The notes: a model not told the origin generated them from the letters alone. A stretch of DNA of 64,000 nt from Paramecium tetraurelia (GCA_000165425.1 CT868463.1:124001-188000); one strand, 5' to 3'. Numbered from the stretch's first letter, positions 1 to 13,541 are shown. A program made the numbers and translations.

Positions 1-66
1 TACAGCTTGAGATTAAACCGTTAAAGTCTTGACCTAATATATTGTAAGAAGAAGAAGAGCAAGCAT
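1..66 (-). CDS. 5' end of a probable secreted/membrane protein (runs off left edge)
   Basis: ATG at 66 after an A-rich leader; reads MLALLLLTIYQVKTLTVQSQAV (hydrophobic, signal-peptide-like) with the ciliate code. Only 22 codons visible. Confidence 0.45.
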
Positions 67-109
67 TTTTTATTTATATATTAACCAAAAATCACTTTAG
101 ATTTATAAA

Positions 110-580
110 ATGCTAATTTTCATTTTTCAACCAAAAAGTTATTAAACTTCAGCGAGAACTAAAAATTCATTTTTTGCTTTGAAAACTTACTTTTGTATCA
201 ATTAGCCAATTACAGGACTCCAAGCAGATCACAATACATCATTTGAAGCTGTTTGTAAATATCACCATGCATTTCAAGAGAAGGCAGAATAAGAATATAA
301 AATTAAATAACACAATTTAACGTATACATAAAAATTATAAATTTATGCTGATATATAATTATTATGAAATACTATTCATCTTATTAAATCAAGTTCTGTT
401 GAAATTGAATAAATCAGCTTAGAAAATCCAAAAAATTCTTAATTTGTTAAAAATTACAATTATATATATAAATAGAGTAAATTTAAAATATATTGTTATT
501 CTTACTCTATAAAAGCAGATCATCTTTAAAGTTATTTAAGGTTAATAATCAAAATGATTATAATATTTAAGTAAATGTGA
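110..580 (+). pseudogene. gene-like frame with one internal TGA (possible pseudogene or short ORF)
   Basis: ATG at 110, open to TGA 365-367, then the same frame stays open to TGA 578-580. No recognisable domain. Confidence 0.25.
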
Positions 581-610
581 TTGAATGTGAACCAAAATTA
601 AAATTTATTT

Positions 611-1823
611 ATGAATTAAGATAAAGAATGGAGTATAGATGGTTGGAAAAAGCATTCGGCCTTATAGTTACCAATATACGCAGATGCTCAACTATAGTAA
701 TGATATGTTTGAAATTAGTTAAGATACTCTTTAAAAAATAAAAAATCTTCCAGGAATCTTAAATTTTGAAGATATCAATGCTTTCAAGAATTAAATGATT
801 CGAGTTAGTAAAGGCGAGAAATTTGTTCTTTAGTTGGGTGATTGTGCAGAAGTATTTGATGAATGTACCGAAAAACACTGGAAAGAGAAATTTAGTTTTT
901 ATGATGTATAAAAAACAAAGTTATGTAGCGCATGGGCTAAATTTTAGATGCAATAGTTATTGGTAGGACTTGTGGATAATTTGCCAAACCACGGTCATAG
1001 TTACTTGAAAAGGATGGCACATTAAATTATAGAGGCGATTTAATTAATTCATTAAGCAGAGATGAGAGAGATCCTGATCCTTCGCGTTTATTATTGGGAG
1101 CACATTACACTAAAAAGGGTATAGAGACTCTAAAACAGTATGAGGGCTCACAAATTTGGGTTTCACATGAATGTTTACATCTTGGATATGAATCAGCATT
1201 TGTGAAATAAAATTAAGATAAGTAGTATTACTTATCGAATACTCATTTTCCTTGGATAGGGGACAGGACAAGATTGCATGATCATGCACATTCAAATTTT
1301 ATTAAGGGCATTTACAATCCTGTTGGAATTAAGGTAATTCTTAAAATCCATTTAGATTGGACAAACAATCAATAAGACAGAATTTGTTAATGTGTTTAAA
1401 TTAATAAATCCAAATAATGAAGATGGAAGAGCATTTGCTATTATTAGATTAGGCAAAAATAAATTAGACAAATTGAAAGACATAATTCAGTGGAAATAGG
1501 AGGAAAAGTTAAATATTTCATTCTTTTTGGATCCTATGCATGGTAATAATCTTGATAAAGGTGGTCGTAAGATTAGGAAAATAGAGGACATTATGTATGA
1601 AATCTAATAATTCTTTGCAATTCTTGAACAAGAGAATGAATCTCCTGCAGGATTACATTTGGAGTGCACACCTTATGATGTGACTGAATGTATAGAAAAT
1701 GATGAAGACATCAATCCTATTAAATATACTACTGCTTGTGATCCTAGATTGAATTCCAGACAAACTAGAAAAATTATAATATTTGTTAATACTCTTCTTA
1801 AAAAATTAAGGAATAAATAATGA
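611..1823 (+). CDS. class II DAHP synthase (3-deoxy-D-arabino-heptulosonate 7-phosphate synthase), short form, ~381 aa
   Basis: After removing introns 697-718, 906-928 and 1334-1355: WSIDGWKKHSALQLPIY, LQLGDCAE, GRTCGQFAKPRS, YRGD, WVSHECL, WIGDRTR, NPVGIK, DPMHGN, GLHLECT, ACDPRLN. These are the hallmark class II DAHPS motifs. Confidence 0.95.
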
Positions 1824-1866
1824 GAAATTATTTACATAACTTATATATATTAATATAATTATCAAA

Positions 1867-3282
1867 ATGATGATGAAATACTATTTTTCAAACATCATTT
1901 AACCAGAAATCACTACCTTAAAAACAGGCCTCACATTATACTCAAAATATTCAAACCAACTTTATGGGAGTTATTGCTTTATGTTTAGAGGAGGTATTCG
2001 TTCAGAAAACTAAGCATAATAAGGTTCATTGCTATCACTATAAATAATGTAACATTTGTAGATAGAGTAAGTATACTTTTAAATTTAGCAAATTTCTATT
2101 TGAATCTTAATCTATATCTAATTTTACTATAGGTCCAGAATTGCATAATGCAAATTGTTTATTCTTGGATGAAGATCATATAAATGCGGCTGATTATATT
2201 TGTAGTGTAGCACTTCAAAAGTAGAAAATGACATTATAATTATCCAAAATTTCAAATTATTTAAGCGTCTAATAGTAAAAATTTCATGGCTCACTATCAC
2301 AAATTTTAATGAAAGTCTTTTTTCCATAACTAAGCTTATTAAATGTTATCCCTGAAAACGAACCTTTTCAAACCTTTTAAAGCACATAAATTACAAAAAA
2401 TAATTGTATAATTGGGTATTAGGGAAGAAGAAAGCATGAGGAGATTGTTAGTATATTTGATCAATTGACTCCTAAGTATTAAGAATGTAATCGTTTTCAT
2501 TCAAAATTATATAGTTTTAGAGAGAGATTTCGATCCATTTTATTAAATAGAATAATTTAAGAGTCAAACAATAAGAGTTGACAATTAAATTACAAGCGAC
2601 TTTGAAATACTTCTTCTATTTTAAGCTCCATCTTTGTAGGACGAAAAAAACTTGCAAATTGATACAATTATTAGTGAGATTTTAGGAAATATAGGTCTGT
2701 TTATTGAATAATCCATTAGATGAATAAGAAGGAGAGATTGGGTTCAAAGTTAAATCAAGATGTTATGATAAATGTAATTGTTAATTTCATTGTAGTATTA
2801 CAATATAACAATTTCCTCACAAATGCTGGTTGCATATCCCAAGGTTTCAGTGATTTTGGATTATTCGGTCTTTATTTAAAGGGAATGAATACACACGTAA
2901 AAATAACATTTAATTATAGAAATAAGAGATTTACAATTTAGCTATTGAAGAAATCTAAAAATTAAGGGTCATAAGTGATAATGAAATACTTAGAGCAAAA
3001 AATATAGTTATAACTAAATTTTATTCAAATTTATAAAGATAACATGATCAACTTATATACTAATTAGAAAATGTAAAAACATTGTTTATGTAGATCATTT
3101 TAAAAGGAAAATTGATTGTTATGGAGGACTTCAAAGAGTAAATAAATGGAATTACAAGAAAGGATATTGAGAATAGAATTGAGTAATTAATAGGTTCGAA
3201 GGAATTAACAATTATTTATATAGGCAAAGGGTGTAATTTAATGGCTGATGAGAAGTTGACCAGAATGAGAATGCAATGCTGA
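1867..3282 (+). CDS. M16 peptidase-family protein, non-catalytic (MPP alpha / complex III core-like)
   Basis: N-term PEITTLKTGL...GGIRSE...QGS with no HxxEH motif; later GFSDFGLFGLY (DsGLFG-type motif); mitochondrial-like N-terminus; tiny introns near 2068 and 2694. Confidence 0.75.
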
Positions 3283-3322
3283 ATCTATTAAATATTTATT
3301 TATATTTGAACAGAATAAAAAC

Positions 3323-4943
3323 TCATAAGCAAGTTACTATTACAAGTTAATGGCACTCATACAGTATCCAAAATTAAACCAACTCTTTATCCGAATTCCG
3401 AGTTTTTAATTTATTAAATAAGATCTGGATGCTGTTTCAATAATTATTTTAGATAATGAACTGATGGATCCGCACTTATTAGAACTTTTTTTATAACATA
3501 ATTTCCAAAAGGATGGATGGATAAGTTATAAAATACAAATCTAAAATTAATCAATAGTGTACTAATCATTTGATTTTGTACATAAGTTCTTAATAATTTA
3601 GGAAGGTCCCATTAGATCGATATACTTTTCAACAGTATTGCTACCAAACTTATTAATACTTAATTTTTCGAAATTTTCCTTAATAATTTGGCTAATAATT
3701 AATCTTTCCTTTTGTGGCCCACTCTTCAGAAGGTATTAGATTATGTAGTTTCCGAATTCCTAATAGCATAATTAATAGGCGAAAGAAATCAATATATCTA
3801 AAATCCTTTAGGTTATCTCCAAAGGATAGAGTTCTAAGACTTTTTGAATTAATCTACAACCATAAGTCTGTTTTGAGAGAATTGCAATCTTAAATTATTT
3901 AATTAATTACACATTCTTCAATGTATGGTATGATAAACAGTAATGTAGATTTGTCTAATATTTCAAAACAAGAGAGCAAAACATAATTGCCATTAACATC
4001 ATTTAATAATTAATGAATATGTGGATAAAGTGTTTTGAAGAATGATTCAATATGTTCAGGAGAACCTCTTTTGAATAGATATATGGTTACTTTACGAATT
4101 CTATCATCTTTTGAACAACTCTACAAGCATATTAGTTTTTTGATAATTCCAGAATATGACTAATCAAGAGAGAATATAATTTAAATTTTTAATCGCAATC
4201 TGCAACATCAAATAGTTTTTACACTGTATAATTACCGAACATGTCCTTAGCTGCTTTTACACATATCTTTTCAACCTAACAAAAAATGAGTCTTTTCTGA
4301 TTGGAATCATTACCATCCAAAGCATTTTATAATTTTCTATTTATAAATTGGTTGCCACATATTTATTCCTAACAATTCTTAATAATTATATTTACAAGAT
4401 CCATTTAACTAAGTTACATTTTCCCATCAAGACTTTGGTCACTTTTAAACTAACATTGTGTGTGTTAATATTCTAATGGTTATACAGTAAGATGCTTTTT
4501 GCCTTTGTAATTGATCTACGGTTTCTCTATTGAATCCAATGCTATCCAGATATAATTTGAATTTCAATACATTAAAAATTCTCTGCTGAACCACAGACTT
4601 CCTACTCTGATGTTTAAATTAAGGCACTAGATAGTTAAGACTGTCTACAGTTGGATTATTTATATATAAATAAATACATTTCTATAGATGTTTATGTATG
4701 AAAAAATATTCGCTATTTCTATTAAGATACCTATCCTGTAGAAATTATGCTGGCATTCGAAGTGTGAATATCTTGCTAATTGACATGCTATTCAGGATTG
4801 AATTCTTTCGATTTTAGTGATAAATTCTTTCTTCTCTTGCACAAACTTGGCACTAATTTAATCTCATCGTCTGTGAATAGTTAATTAGAAGTACCACTTA
4901 ATATGGATCCTATTAAATCTTTTTCTTCACTTTAAGATGCCAT
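3323..4943 (-). CDS. Pumilio/PUF RNA-binding protein (8 repeats)
   Basis: Repeats FGNYTVQK, YACRVVQK, NGNYVL, YGCRLIQK, FGNYIIQY, FGSNTVEK, FGNYVIKK; several tiny introns. Confidence 0.93.
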
Positions 4944-5555
4944 TTAATTAAAATTTTGATTATGGAGTGAATATTTATAATATCATAATATACTGCAGTC
5001 ATTAATAATTTAAGTCACATCTATCTAGAAGCCATCTCATTCTCTATCCAAAATTTAAGATCTTACAATATGATACCTTAAAATACTTATTAATATTTAT
5101 AATATAATTCAAATTTTATATTCCAATAAGTTGGATCAACTATTTAATACTGATTTTTTTATTATTTAATTTTTATAATATTCTCCTCATATCCATCTCT
5201 AATAATCTCAAGATTTGCAATCTAAACACACTTGTACTTCACAATTTCTATTTAAACCAATGAGCATTTATTGAATAATTAATTATTAAATTGAACTAAT
5301 GAACAAGATATTCTAAATTAAAATTTTGAGAAGTCTGACTCTAAAATAACGCAAAACATATTTTAATATTATTTCAAATATGTTTGGTTTCATATAGAAA
5401 AGTTAACTTAATTTAAAACTTAGAATTAAAATTTCAATTTCAAACTTTTTACAAAAATGCTCTTTATAATGTTTTTAAGTAATAATAAATAGTATAAATA
5501 TAAAGATCGTACAATTTTTAATATGATTTAAGTTAAGTTCTGCTAAGACTAAAAT

Positions 5556-6459
5556 TCAATCAAAACAGATTGGACTTAGTATTTTGAGATTGGAGGCTAT
5601 TCGTTTACCATTTTGATACTTCCTTTGTATAGGTTATCCATCCTATTTAATTAGTTCTCCTTCCCCATCTTGAGCATCATCCTTCCAAAACCCCTTGTAT
5701 TGTTTCCCATCAGCCCAAGTATAAACCCCGTACCCATGCTTTTTATTTTATCTAAAAGAACCCTCGTAGACTGACTTATTTGATAATGTTAGCTTTCCTT
5801 AACCATCCATTGAATTATCAACCCAGTTCCCCCCATAACTTAAACCATTTAGCCCTTTATAAATCCCAAAACCATGAAGCAGGTTATATTAAAATTAGCC
5901 TTCATAACTAGTACCATCTTCATATTGTGCATAACCATTACCATGTTTGAAATTGTTAAAAAATTATCCTTGATAAATGTACTGATCTATAATTAAGGGT
6001 TTAGATACTTATTACTACTTCCTTGCCAAAGCCTTGTTTTTTATTTTGAAACCATTCACCAATATACATATTATTATCTATGTCTGTGAATCTGCCAAAA
6101 CCATGAATCAAGCCTTCTTGAAAGTAACCTTCGTATTGGCTGCCATCTTTAAATGAAACCATGCCATAACCAGACATCTATTAGTTGATGTTAATTTCTA
6201 GACCATCTTTGCTGTGCATTGCAAATGAATTTTTAGATTAAAATGTTAAGGGTTCCGTTTTAGTAATTTAAAGTTGATATATCTTCTCCTAGATATCGCA
6301 TTCTTCTGAGCCAGTGTTTAATCTGATATTCTCATAATTAGGTTATAATGGAGGTTAGCACATATTTTGGGTTTCCTCATTCTGTTCCCAACAGGAGCAT
6401 TGCTTTTTTACTTTAATTTTCTATTAATTCTATGTTTATTTTAGTGAACAGGATCCCAT
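5556..6459 (-). CDS. MORN-repeat protein with N-terminal MGSC (likely acylated)
   Basis: Multiple Y-x-G-x-F/W-x(4)-H-G-x-G repeats, e.g. YEGYFQEGLIHGFG and YKGFWKDDAQDGEG; ends ICFD-TGA. Confidence 0.9.
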
Positions 6460-6807
6460 CTAATAGTTATTTATCTAAATTATCAATCAAATAAATAGAT
6501 GTTTATCATTTAGTAATTTAGATAATAATTATTTTTGTAAATTCAGATGAATGGTTGAGTGCAAGTAAATTTTACGAATTTATGAATTAGAATTGAGAGG
6601 AGGGGAATAACAATGTAGGTTTTGGGATGAATAATTAGAGTAAATATTAATTTATTATATAATATAGTAAGTATAAAGTGACCATTTCTTGAATCGGAAT
6701 TCATCAAGAAAGTTAATAATTATTAAAGAATAATGTGTTTAGATTATTAATAGATGATTTGAATATTAAAAGAAATATTTAAAAAAAAATAAAATATCTA
6801 AACCAAA

Positions 6808-7518
6808 ATGTTGCATCAATACTTAAGCGATTTTGAATCCTTCGATAATTTCAGTTCGAACCTAGATGAAAACAATAAAATTTAGTATTAAAAGCTGAAC
6901 CTTTTCAAAAATGATTCATTCTAAGAATTCGATATCGATTTTGAGTAGAAATCAACGAATATTGTTAACCAACCCTAACAGAGTCACCAAGAGGTGAGTA
7001 AGAAGGAAAGCAGTTAAACTGTAACTAAGAAAATAAAGAAATCCTCGAAGAAAGACAGGAATTAAAAAGATTATAAGAAGAACATCTGCAGAAACATATT
7101 AAGACATGCCATAAAGTCAATGAATAACGACTAAGATTGCGTTTCCTACATATCAGAATTGGTTGATGATGGCAAATTGTTCAGTATATACTATAACAGA
7201 TAATTGGAATAAATTACTGGCTTCAGAGTATTGAGAGAACATTTGGTTTAGATGAAGGAGGATAGTTAGATTGTGAGAAATAGAAAACAAGCTTTTAGAC
7301 AATATTTGTTATGGTACTTGAAATCCAAAGCCACAGCTATGATTTTGAGAGGAGAAACTCAGAATCCTCAGGAGTATATACGCTATAAGAATGAAGTTCT
7401 AATGTATTATATACATCGACCACACGAGTGGATATCGAATTAACCAGAGTGGTTGAATGTAGCCACAACAGGAAACGAATAGTAGTTCCAACTTAATGCA
7501 GAAGGTTAGTGTATTTGA
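6808..7518 (+). CDS. hypothetical protein (236 aa, intronless)
   Basis: Uninterrupted ATG-TGA frame with the ciliate code; contains KKDYKKNICRNILRHAIKSM and HRPHEWISN; no domain recognised. Confidence 0.75.
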
Positions 7519-7624
7519 GATGACTTGGGATGATTGCGAAATTATAGATGCGTGGCCTCACACCACAGAGAATGAAGACACTTGATTAAATATTTGTCTT
7601 TATTTTTTATTTTTATATTCATTA

Positions 7625-9315
7625 ATGAAATAACAAATAGATCTGAAGTTATTGTAGCAATAAAGAGAAGAACGATTTTAGAAGAGTTTATTTGGTGCTA
7701 ATCAAATGAGTTAGCCTGTTGAGGACAAACCAGCAAGTTCCAAGGTTCCAATGTTGTCTAATGAAAACTTTGTATAAATTTATGTGAAATGCACTATCAC
7801 ACCAGAGGTATCAGTATTTTAGTAGATTTAGTTTGTGGCCTAGAAGGAATTGAGTCAAGACAATGTGGACAATGAAATTGACATAGTATTCGACGATGTG
7901 ATAGGTAAACATTTCGATTAAGAAAATATAGAAAATGAGGAATTGGGAATGAAGAAGGAGTATAATGTATTTGTTGAAAGACAATTGGTCCAACAAATTA
8001 AGTTGTTAAAATAGAATTACATAGAGAAGCAAGATTTGATCAAAGTAATCTATAAATTTAGATTAAGATGCCTGTATGTGGATCAAATGGCATAAGATTG
8101 CCAGAAGAACAAGATTTGCTCCTCTATTTCGAATACTTTAAAATTAGGGATAATTCAACTGAATGTTAATTGCTCCTTCAATCATAGGATTTGAAATCAT
8201 TATATGGACTCTTGATTTGCGGATGTCTTTTTAGCGATGAAAATGCCTAAGATCTCACCTTTAAATTCTTAACCAAAAAACCCACTTTGGAAATCATAAT
8301 GAAGTTGCTACTAGTCACAGTCCACTATGAATCCAAGTATCAGATGTATATGTACAAGTAAGTGTCTCATTTATTCTCAGATTAGTAAAACAAATCCTCT
8401 ACTTTTACAACGGAATCCTTAAGGAAATCACAGATCCATTATTAAATGATGCAATACAGAATCTAAAACAATTATCCATAGAAAAACCCAATATCATCAG
8501 AGTCAATACTAAGGGTTTTTCCTTGAAAATAAATACAACATTCCTCTATCCATTATACAAGTAATATGAGAAGGAGAGAGCTGCAGTATTCAAGCCAATC
8601 AATGAGTATACTCAATTTCAAGTATTGCGAAATGCTGACATTCCAGATCAAACTGAAGATTCAGAATACCCACACATCTACATCATAAAAAAACAGAGTG
8701 ATTAATAGCAATATCTCTATGGAGTTCAATTAGAAGCACATGCAGAAATCCTTATATATGATAACAAGTGTGAAAAATACTAGAAATATAATGATTCATA
8801 TTTAGGATGTGTGGAGAGAAACATATGGGGAACCTCAATGGTTGTCTATGATGATGGGTATCCGGAGTCAGCTTAATTGCAATTTCCTGATTGGATCGGT
8901 TAGAAGAGAAGGAGATTGATGAAAATAGAGTATGAGACTAACATCATGGCAAATGAACCGAGATATTTTGATACTGTGTTTCTCAATCTAGATACAAAAT
9001 AATGGGAAGGTAATTAACTTGCATTATTATTCAATTAGAATTAATTACATTAAAACCACATTACAATTAGGAGAAGGATTGCTATTAGCTGAATTTCTTT
9101 GGGTAATGTTAAATGACTATATAATTAGACGAGCCAAGATTGCTTCTGCTCGTAATTTCTAATTAATCAAAGCTGGAGATGATAAAACTATCCAATTATT
9201 GCATGGGAAGATGGAGGCCAATTCCTTCAATTTGGATTTCAGACCTCCTCTCAGCATCTTGTAAGCATTTGCTATATCGATGGTTTCTATAAGTTCTAAA
9301 GCACTCGTGTCATGA
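7625..9315 (+). CDS. Tubby C-terminal domain protein
   Basis: YLGCVERNIWGTSMVVYDDG, IEYETNIMANEPR, KPHYNQEKDCYQLNFFGRAKIASARNFQLI, LHGKM...FNLDFRPPLSILQAFAI. About 5 tiny introns; the N-terminal exon joins are less certain. Confidence 0.88.
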
Positions 9316-9369
9316 TTATTAAAAGAAATATAATAAATCCCGCACTGATTATTCTCCAATATATTTTAT

Positions 9370-9804
9370 TCAATATTATAATAGGGTATCATCGGGCTCA
9401 TCATCTTCTCCTTAGAGAGCTCTTTGTCCTTCTATGAAATGATTGTATTGTCTTATTGTTTGATGCAAAGTCGACATGTCCGCATATTTCATATAGAAGG
9501 TCCTTTCCCATCCATTCACTTAGCATAATGGAAATGCTTACCAAACTTGATTTCCCATTTACTGGAGATGCATTCGACTGACTCTCTATAAGTAGATTCA
9601 AAGTTGGGTTGATGTAATTTCTTATTCATATTCATTGTTTAATATTGCAAGTGTCTAGAGGATAACCCATTCAAAAAACCTTAGTAATCTCGTCCCATGG
9701 ATATCAGTGGGATTGGCAACGAAATTCATCTTCAATATGTACCGAAAGATGGGATTCAAAAGGGATCCTGCCTGCATTATCACTCTCTTTCTTTTAGTTC
9801 CCAT
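9370..9804 (-). CDS. small conserved-looking protein, possibly mitoribosomal mL53-like
   Basis: Removing two tiny introns gives MGTKRKRVIMQAGSLLNPIFRYILKMNFVANPTDIHGTRLLRHLQ...SKWEIKFVNGWERTF...DDTLLQY. The mL53 resemblance is by eye only. Confidence 0.6.
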
Positions 9805-9842
9805 TTATTTAATTAACCGTATATAAAATTATTTAAATCGAA

Positions 9843-12128
9843 ATGAAATTAAAAAACAGAAACTCAACTTCTGTTAACAAGTTGCAAAACCTAAAACAAT
9901 AGCAGGACAACATCATCCAATCTATTAACGAATTGAATGACAAAAACTAATAAATCATTAAAGACTATATGAACAAATAGCAACAACTAACAGATTAATT
10001 ATAAAAGCAACATCACTAGATAACAATACAAGAAGTCAAATAGGCATTATAGAATAATGTTTGGTCCCAAAAGGTAGGGTTCTTTTTGAATCCTCTGTCC
10101 TTGCAACATGGATAGAAGATAACTATCTAATAATAATAAATCTTGTTAAAACATTCAGAATCTAAGTTAATCTTACTTGAGAGGATCTTTCAAACAGAAT
10201 TCAAAATAGTTCAATTTCAAGAACAAAAGAAAATGATTCAAAGCGATATTGAGGGAAGAATTTTGTAAATGGACACCCTCCTAATTGAATATGAAGAACT
10301 AGAATAGATCATCGATTCATAATAAAACAAATCGTAATGCAACAATGTTAAAACCATCTTTGAAATCAATAAAAGTCTAAGCCAACTCAAACATACCTAC
10401 ATATAATTGGCTAATTAACGATAAGAAAAAGAAATTGTTTAAACTGATTTCTAAAACATCATCAACACTTTGGAGTTGTAGACTAAATCAATTTAAATTG
10501 AAAAATAAATGAAGGGCTTGTAATCTTCATGGTTCAATGTGGATTAGCTTTACAATTTAATTGTGAGCAACGCCAAAGCTGAGTAATAATTGGAGCTGCT
10601 TTGCAACGTAGTATTGTTCATTAACGATAAAATTGTTTAAGGGCTTAATTCTAAAACAAACAAGAATGCAATCATTGACAACATTCGATAAATTGAAAAC
10701 GATAACAACTTTAGAGTATTCAATAGCACCATATTTTAAGAATACTTGGATTAGGCTTAGATAGCAGAGTATTCCTCATTTCTTAAAACTGAATTACCTA
10801 AAAGAATCTGTAAGTTCAAAACAGAATCCTAATTGAAATAACATAAGTACAAAAATAATAAATTAAGAATAGAGCACTTCTTGTCGATGTACAGAGACAG
10901 ATACATCAAATTATGTATGAATAATCTATGATCTAAACTCAATACAATAGACTTGAGTCTAATCTACCTGTTCTTGAGCAAAATTAAACTGCCTAAAAGT
11001 TGCAGTAGATATTGGATAGAATGAATCACATTGAATGCTTGAAATCTCAAAATAAAACACTCTTTGAAATCACATTCCCAGCATAAATCAAATAAATACA
11101 AGATAACCTAATGTCAATGAAATAATAGTTGAATTCTTAAATTAAAGATTTGCAATATTCAATAGGCATAGAATAAGATTACTATTACAAAATATTCTCT
11201 TCTTAATCTCAAAAATTACCCATTTTAATTCTCGATTCAAACGTAGTTAATGATAATATAGAGTATTAAATAGAAGAAAACAGGAAAATGTATTAGTAGT
11301 AACAAATTCTGTATAATTAAAATGTTGAAAATTAAAGACAGAAACTGAAACAATTAGAAGAATAAGAAAGTACTAAGTTTGTATATATAATTAGATTAAA
11401 TGCAAACAAGATATTTGATTGAGTTGAATGAATCAATTTTAAAGACAAAAAAAGAGAATATACCACCTTCTGATTCCAGAGATATGAGTATGTTGGGAAC
11501 AATATAAATAGATATGTCTTAAGAGAGGACCACTCACAAATACTCAGTTTTCAGATCCAAAAAATAACTATTTATGAATGAACCAACAGATAGAAGTCTG
11601 TCTACTTATAGTTTTTTGGGACATCGTTCATCTGATCCATTATGTTCTAAAACAAAATTAGCCTTGAAATAACAAACTAGTCTGTCATCTTAGGCCTCTC
11701 AGAAAAATCCCTTGTTGTCCCCTCAGTCTAATAATCATCACATATCCATAGAGCAATCTTTGAGTTTACATGTAACAATCATTCGAGTATTAGTCCTCTG
11801 CAAGAAGATTCCCAGATTTTCAAATGGAGAAATCTCCCCCTCAATAAATATTAGGAGACAAGATCTACAAAGTACTAAAGAGAACATTTAGACAACAATC
11901 CACAATTAGTAAGAGTGGATGCTCAGCATTTTCAAGCAAATTTGTGAAGTACAATTAGAAGATGAAATGTTTGGAATTCTATAATTCTAATAAGATGATT
12001 CATGATTTAGGTCAAAAGGAATCAGCATTATGTTTGAGACAAATTAAGGAGGTGAAACAATGCTAGCAATCATTAGTTTTATTTATTTCGAAACATCAAT
12101 CGATAGAATTGGTATTTAGTAAACATGA
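9843..12128 (+). CDS. large coiled-coil hypothetical protein (~761 aa)
   Basis: ATG 9843 and TGA 12126 are in the same frame; Q/E/K-rich heptad-like N-terminal half. Confidence 0.7.
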
Positions 12129-12194
12129 GCAACTGAATGAATTTATGAAAATGATAACATAGTGATTTTAATAATAATTTATTTCCGGTTAACA

Positions 12195-13541
12195 ATGCAA
12201 GTTTTTACTAAAAATGTTTTTCGAAGAATTGCATTCACTCCATTTTTCTCTTTCTCATCCAAGAGAGATTTGTATGGTAATACTGTAATCTAAACAATTA
12301 GAATTATTGGGAGTACCTAAAAATGCCTCATAGAATGATATCAAAAAAGCCTATTATGGATTAGCCAAGAAATATCATCCAGATGCAAATCCATCCAAGG
12401 ATGCCAAAGAGAAGTTTGCTGAAGTTAATAAGTAATAATTATTTTCTACAAATCTAGTGCATATGAAACACTTTCCGATGAAAATAAAAGAAGAGTCTAT
12501 GACTAAGTAGGAATGACTGGAGATGAACAGGATTAGGCTGGAGCTTAGGATCCTTTTGCTGCCTATAGTAGTTTCTTTAGACAAGGACAAAGAGGTGGCA
12601 GAGGACAAGAATACGAATTTGATGAATCCATATTTGGAGATTTCGCATCCTTTTTTAATATGGGAGGAGAAGCTGAAAGAACTATTAAGGGAGCTGATAT
12701 TCATGTCCAAATGGAAATTTCTTTTATGGATAGTGTTCAAGGCTCACAATAGACAATTTAATTTGAGAAAGTAGGAACCTGTACTACATGTAATGGCACT
12801 AAATGTAAACCTGGAACTGCACCAGGCAGATGTACTAATTGTGGAGGAAGAGGATCTATCAATTATAGACAAGGAGCTATGACTATATAAATGGCATGCA
12901 CTAAATGCAGAGGAACAGGAATCTCCATCAAAAATCCATGTATTCATTGCATTTCATTCATTTAGGCACTACATGTAGAGGCATGGGCATATAGAAACAG
13001 CCAACAAATGAAACTATCAACATACCAAAGGGAATTGCAGATGGTCAGAATTTGAGAATTACAGGTAAAGGAAACGTAGGGGAGAATGGAGGAAAATCAG
13101 GAGATCTTATTGTTAAAATTCAAGTCAAACCTGATCCTTACTTTAAAAGAGATGGATATGATTTAATTACCAACGCTTATATTTCCGTTGCTTAAGCAGT
13201 GTTAGGAGATACAATTAAAATTAAGACTTTGAATGGTGATAAGTAGGTTTCAGTCAAACCTGGATGTCAAGATGGAGAAAAAATGAGATTGAGTGGCTTA
13301 GTATAATTTAATAATATTATTATAGGGAATTAACAAATTGGCACCCAATTAAAATTAAAAAGGCGATCAAGTTATCAATTTCAAAATACAAATACCCACC
13401 AAATTAAATGAGAAATAAAAAGAGATATTTCAAGAATTAGCCAAGGTATCCATTCTTATTATTATAAATTAGATAGAGAAAACAGAATCCTAAAATTAAG
13501 AAGGGATATTTGATTAAGTAAAGAATGCGTTCCATAAGTGA
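12195..13541 (+). CDS. type I DnaJ/Hsp40, probably mitochondrial (Mdj1/Tid1-like)
   Basis: Presequence-like [23 protein letters not shown] domain with KKYHPD; G/F region; four CxxCxGxG motifs; C-terminal DnaJ_C domain; tiny introns. Confidence 0.95.

Noticed and set aside
7519..7590. SECIS or snoRNA-like element after the 6808-7518 gene
   Set aside because: ATGA-AAA spacing and helix pairing do not fit, and the upstream gene has no Sec-like context.
12375..12947. Supplied ORFs antisense or off-frame in the DnaJ gene
   Set aside because: They overlap a clearly conserved DnaJ frame and show no independent coding signal.
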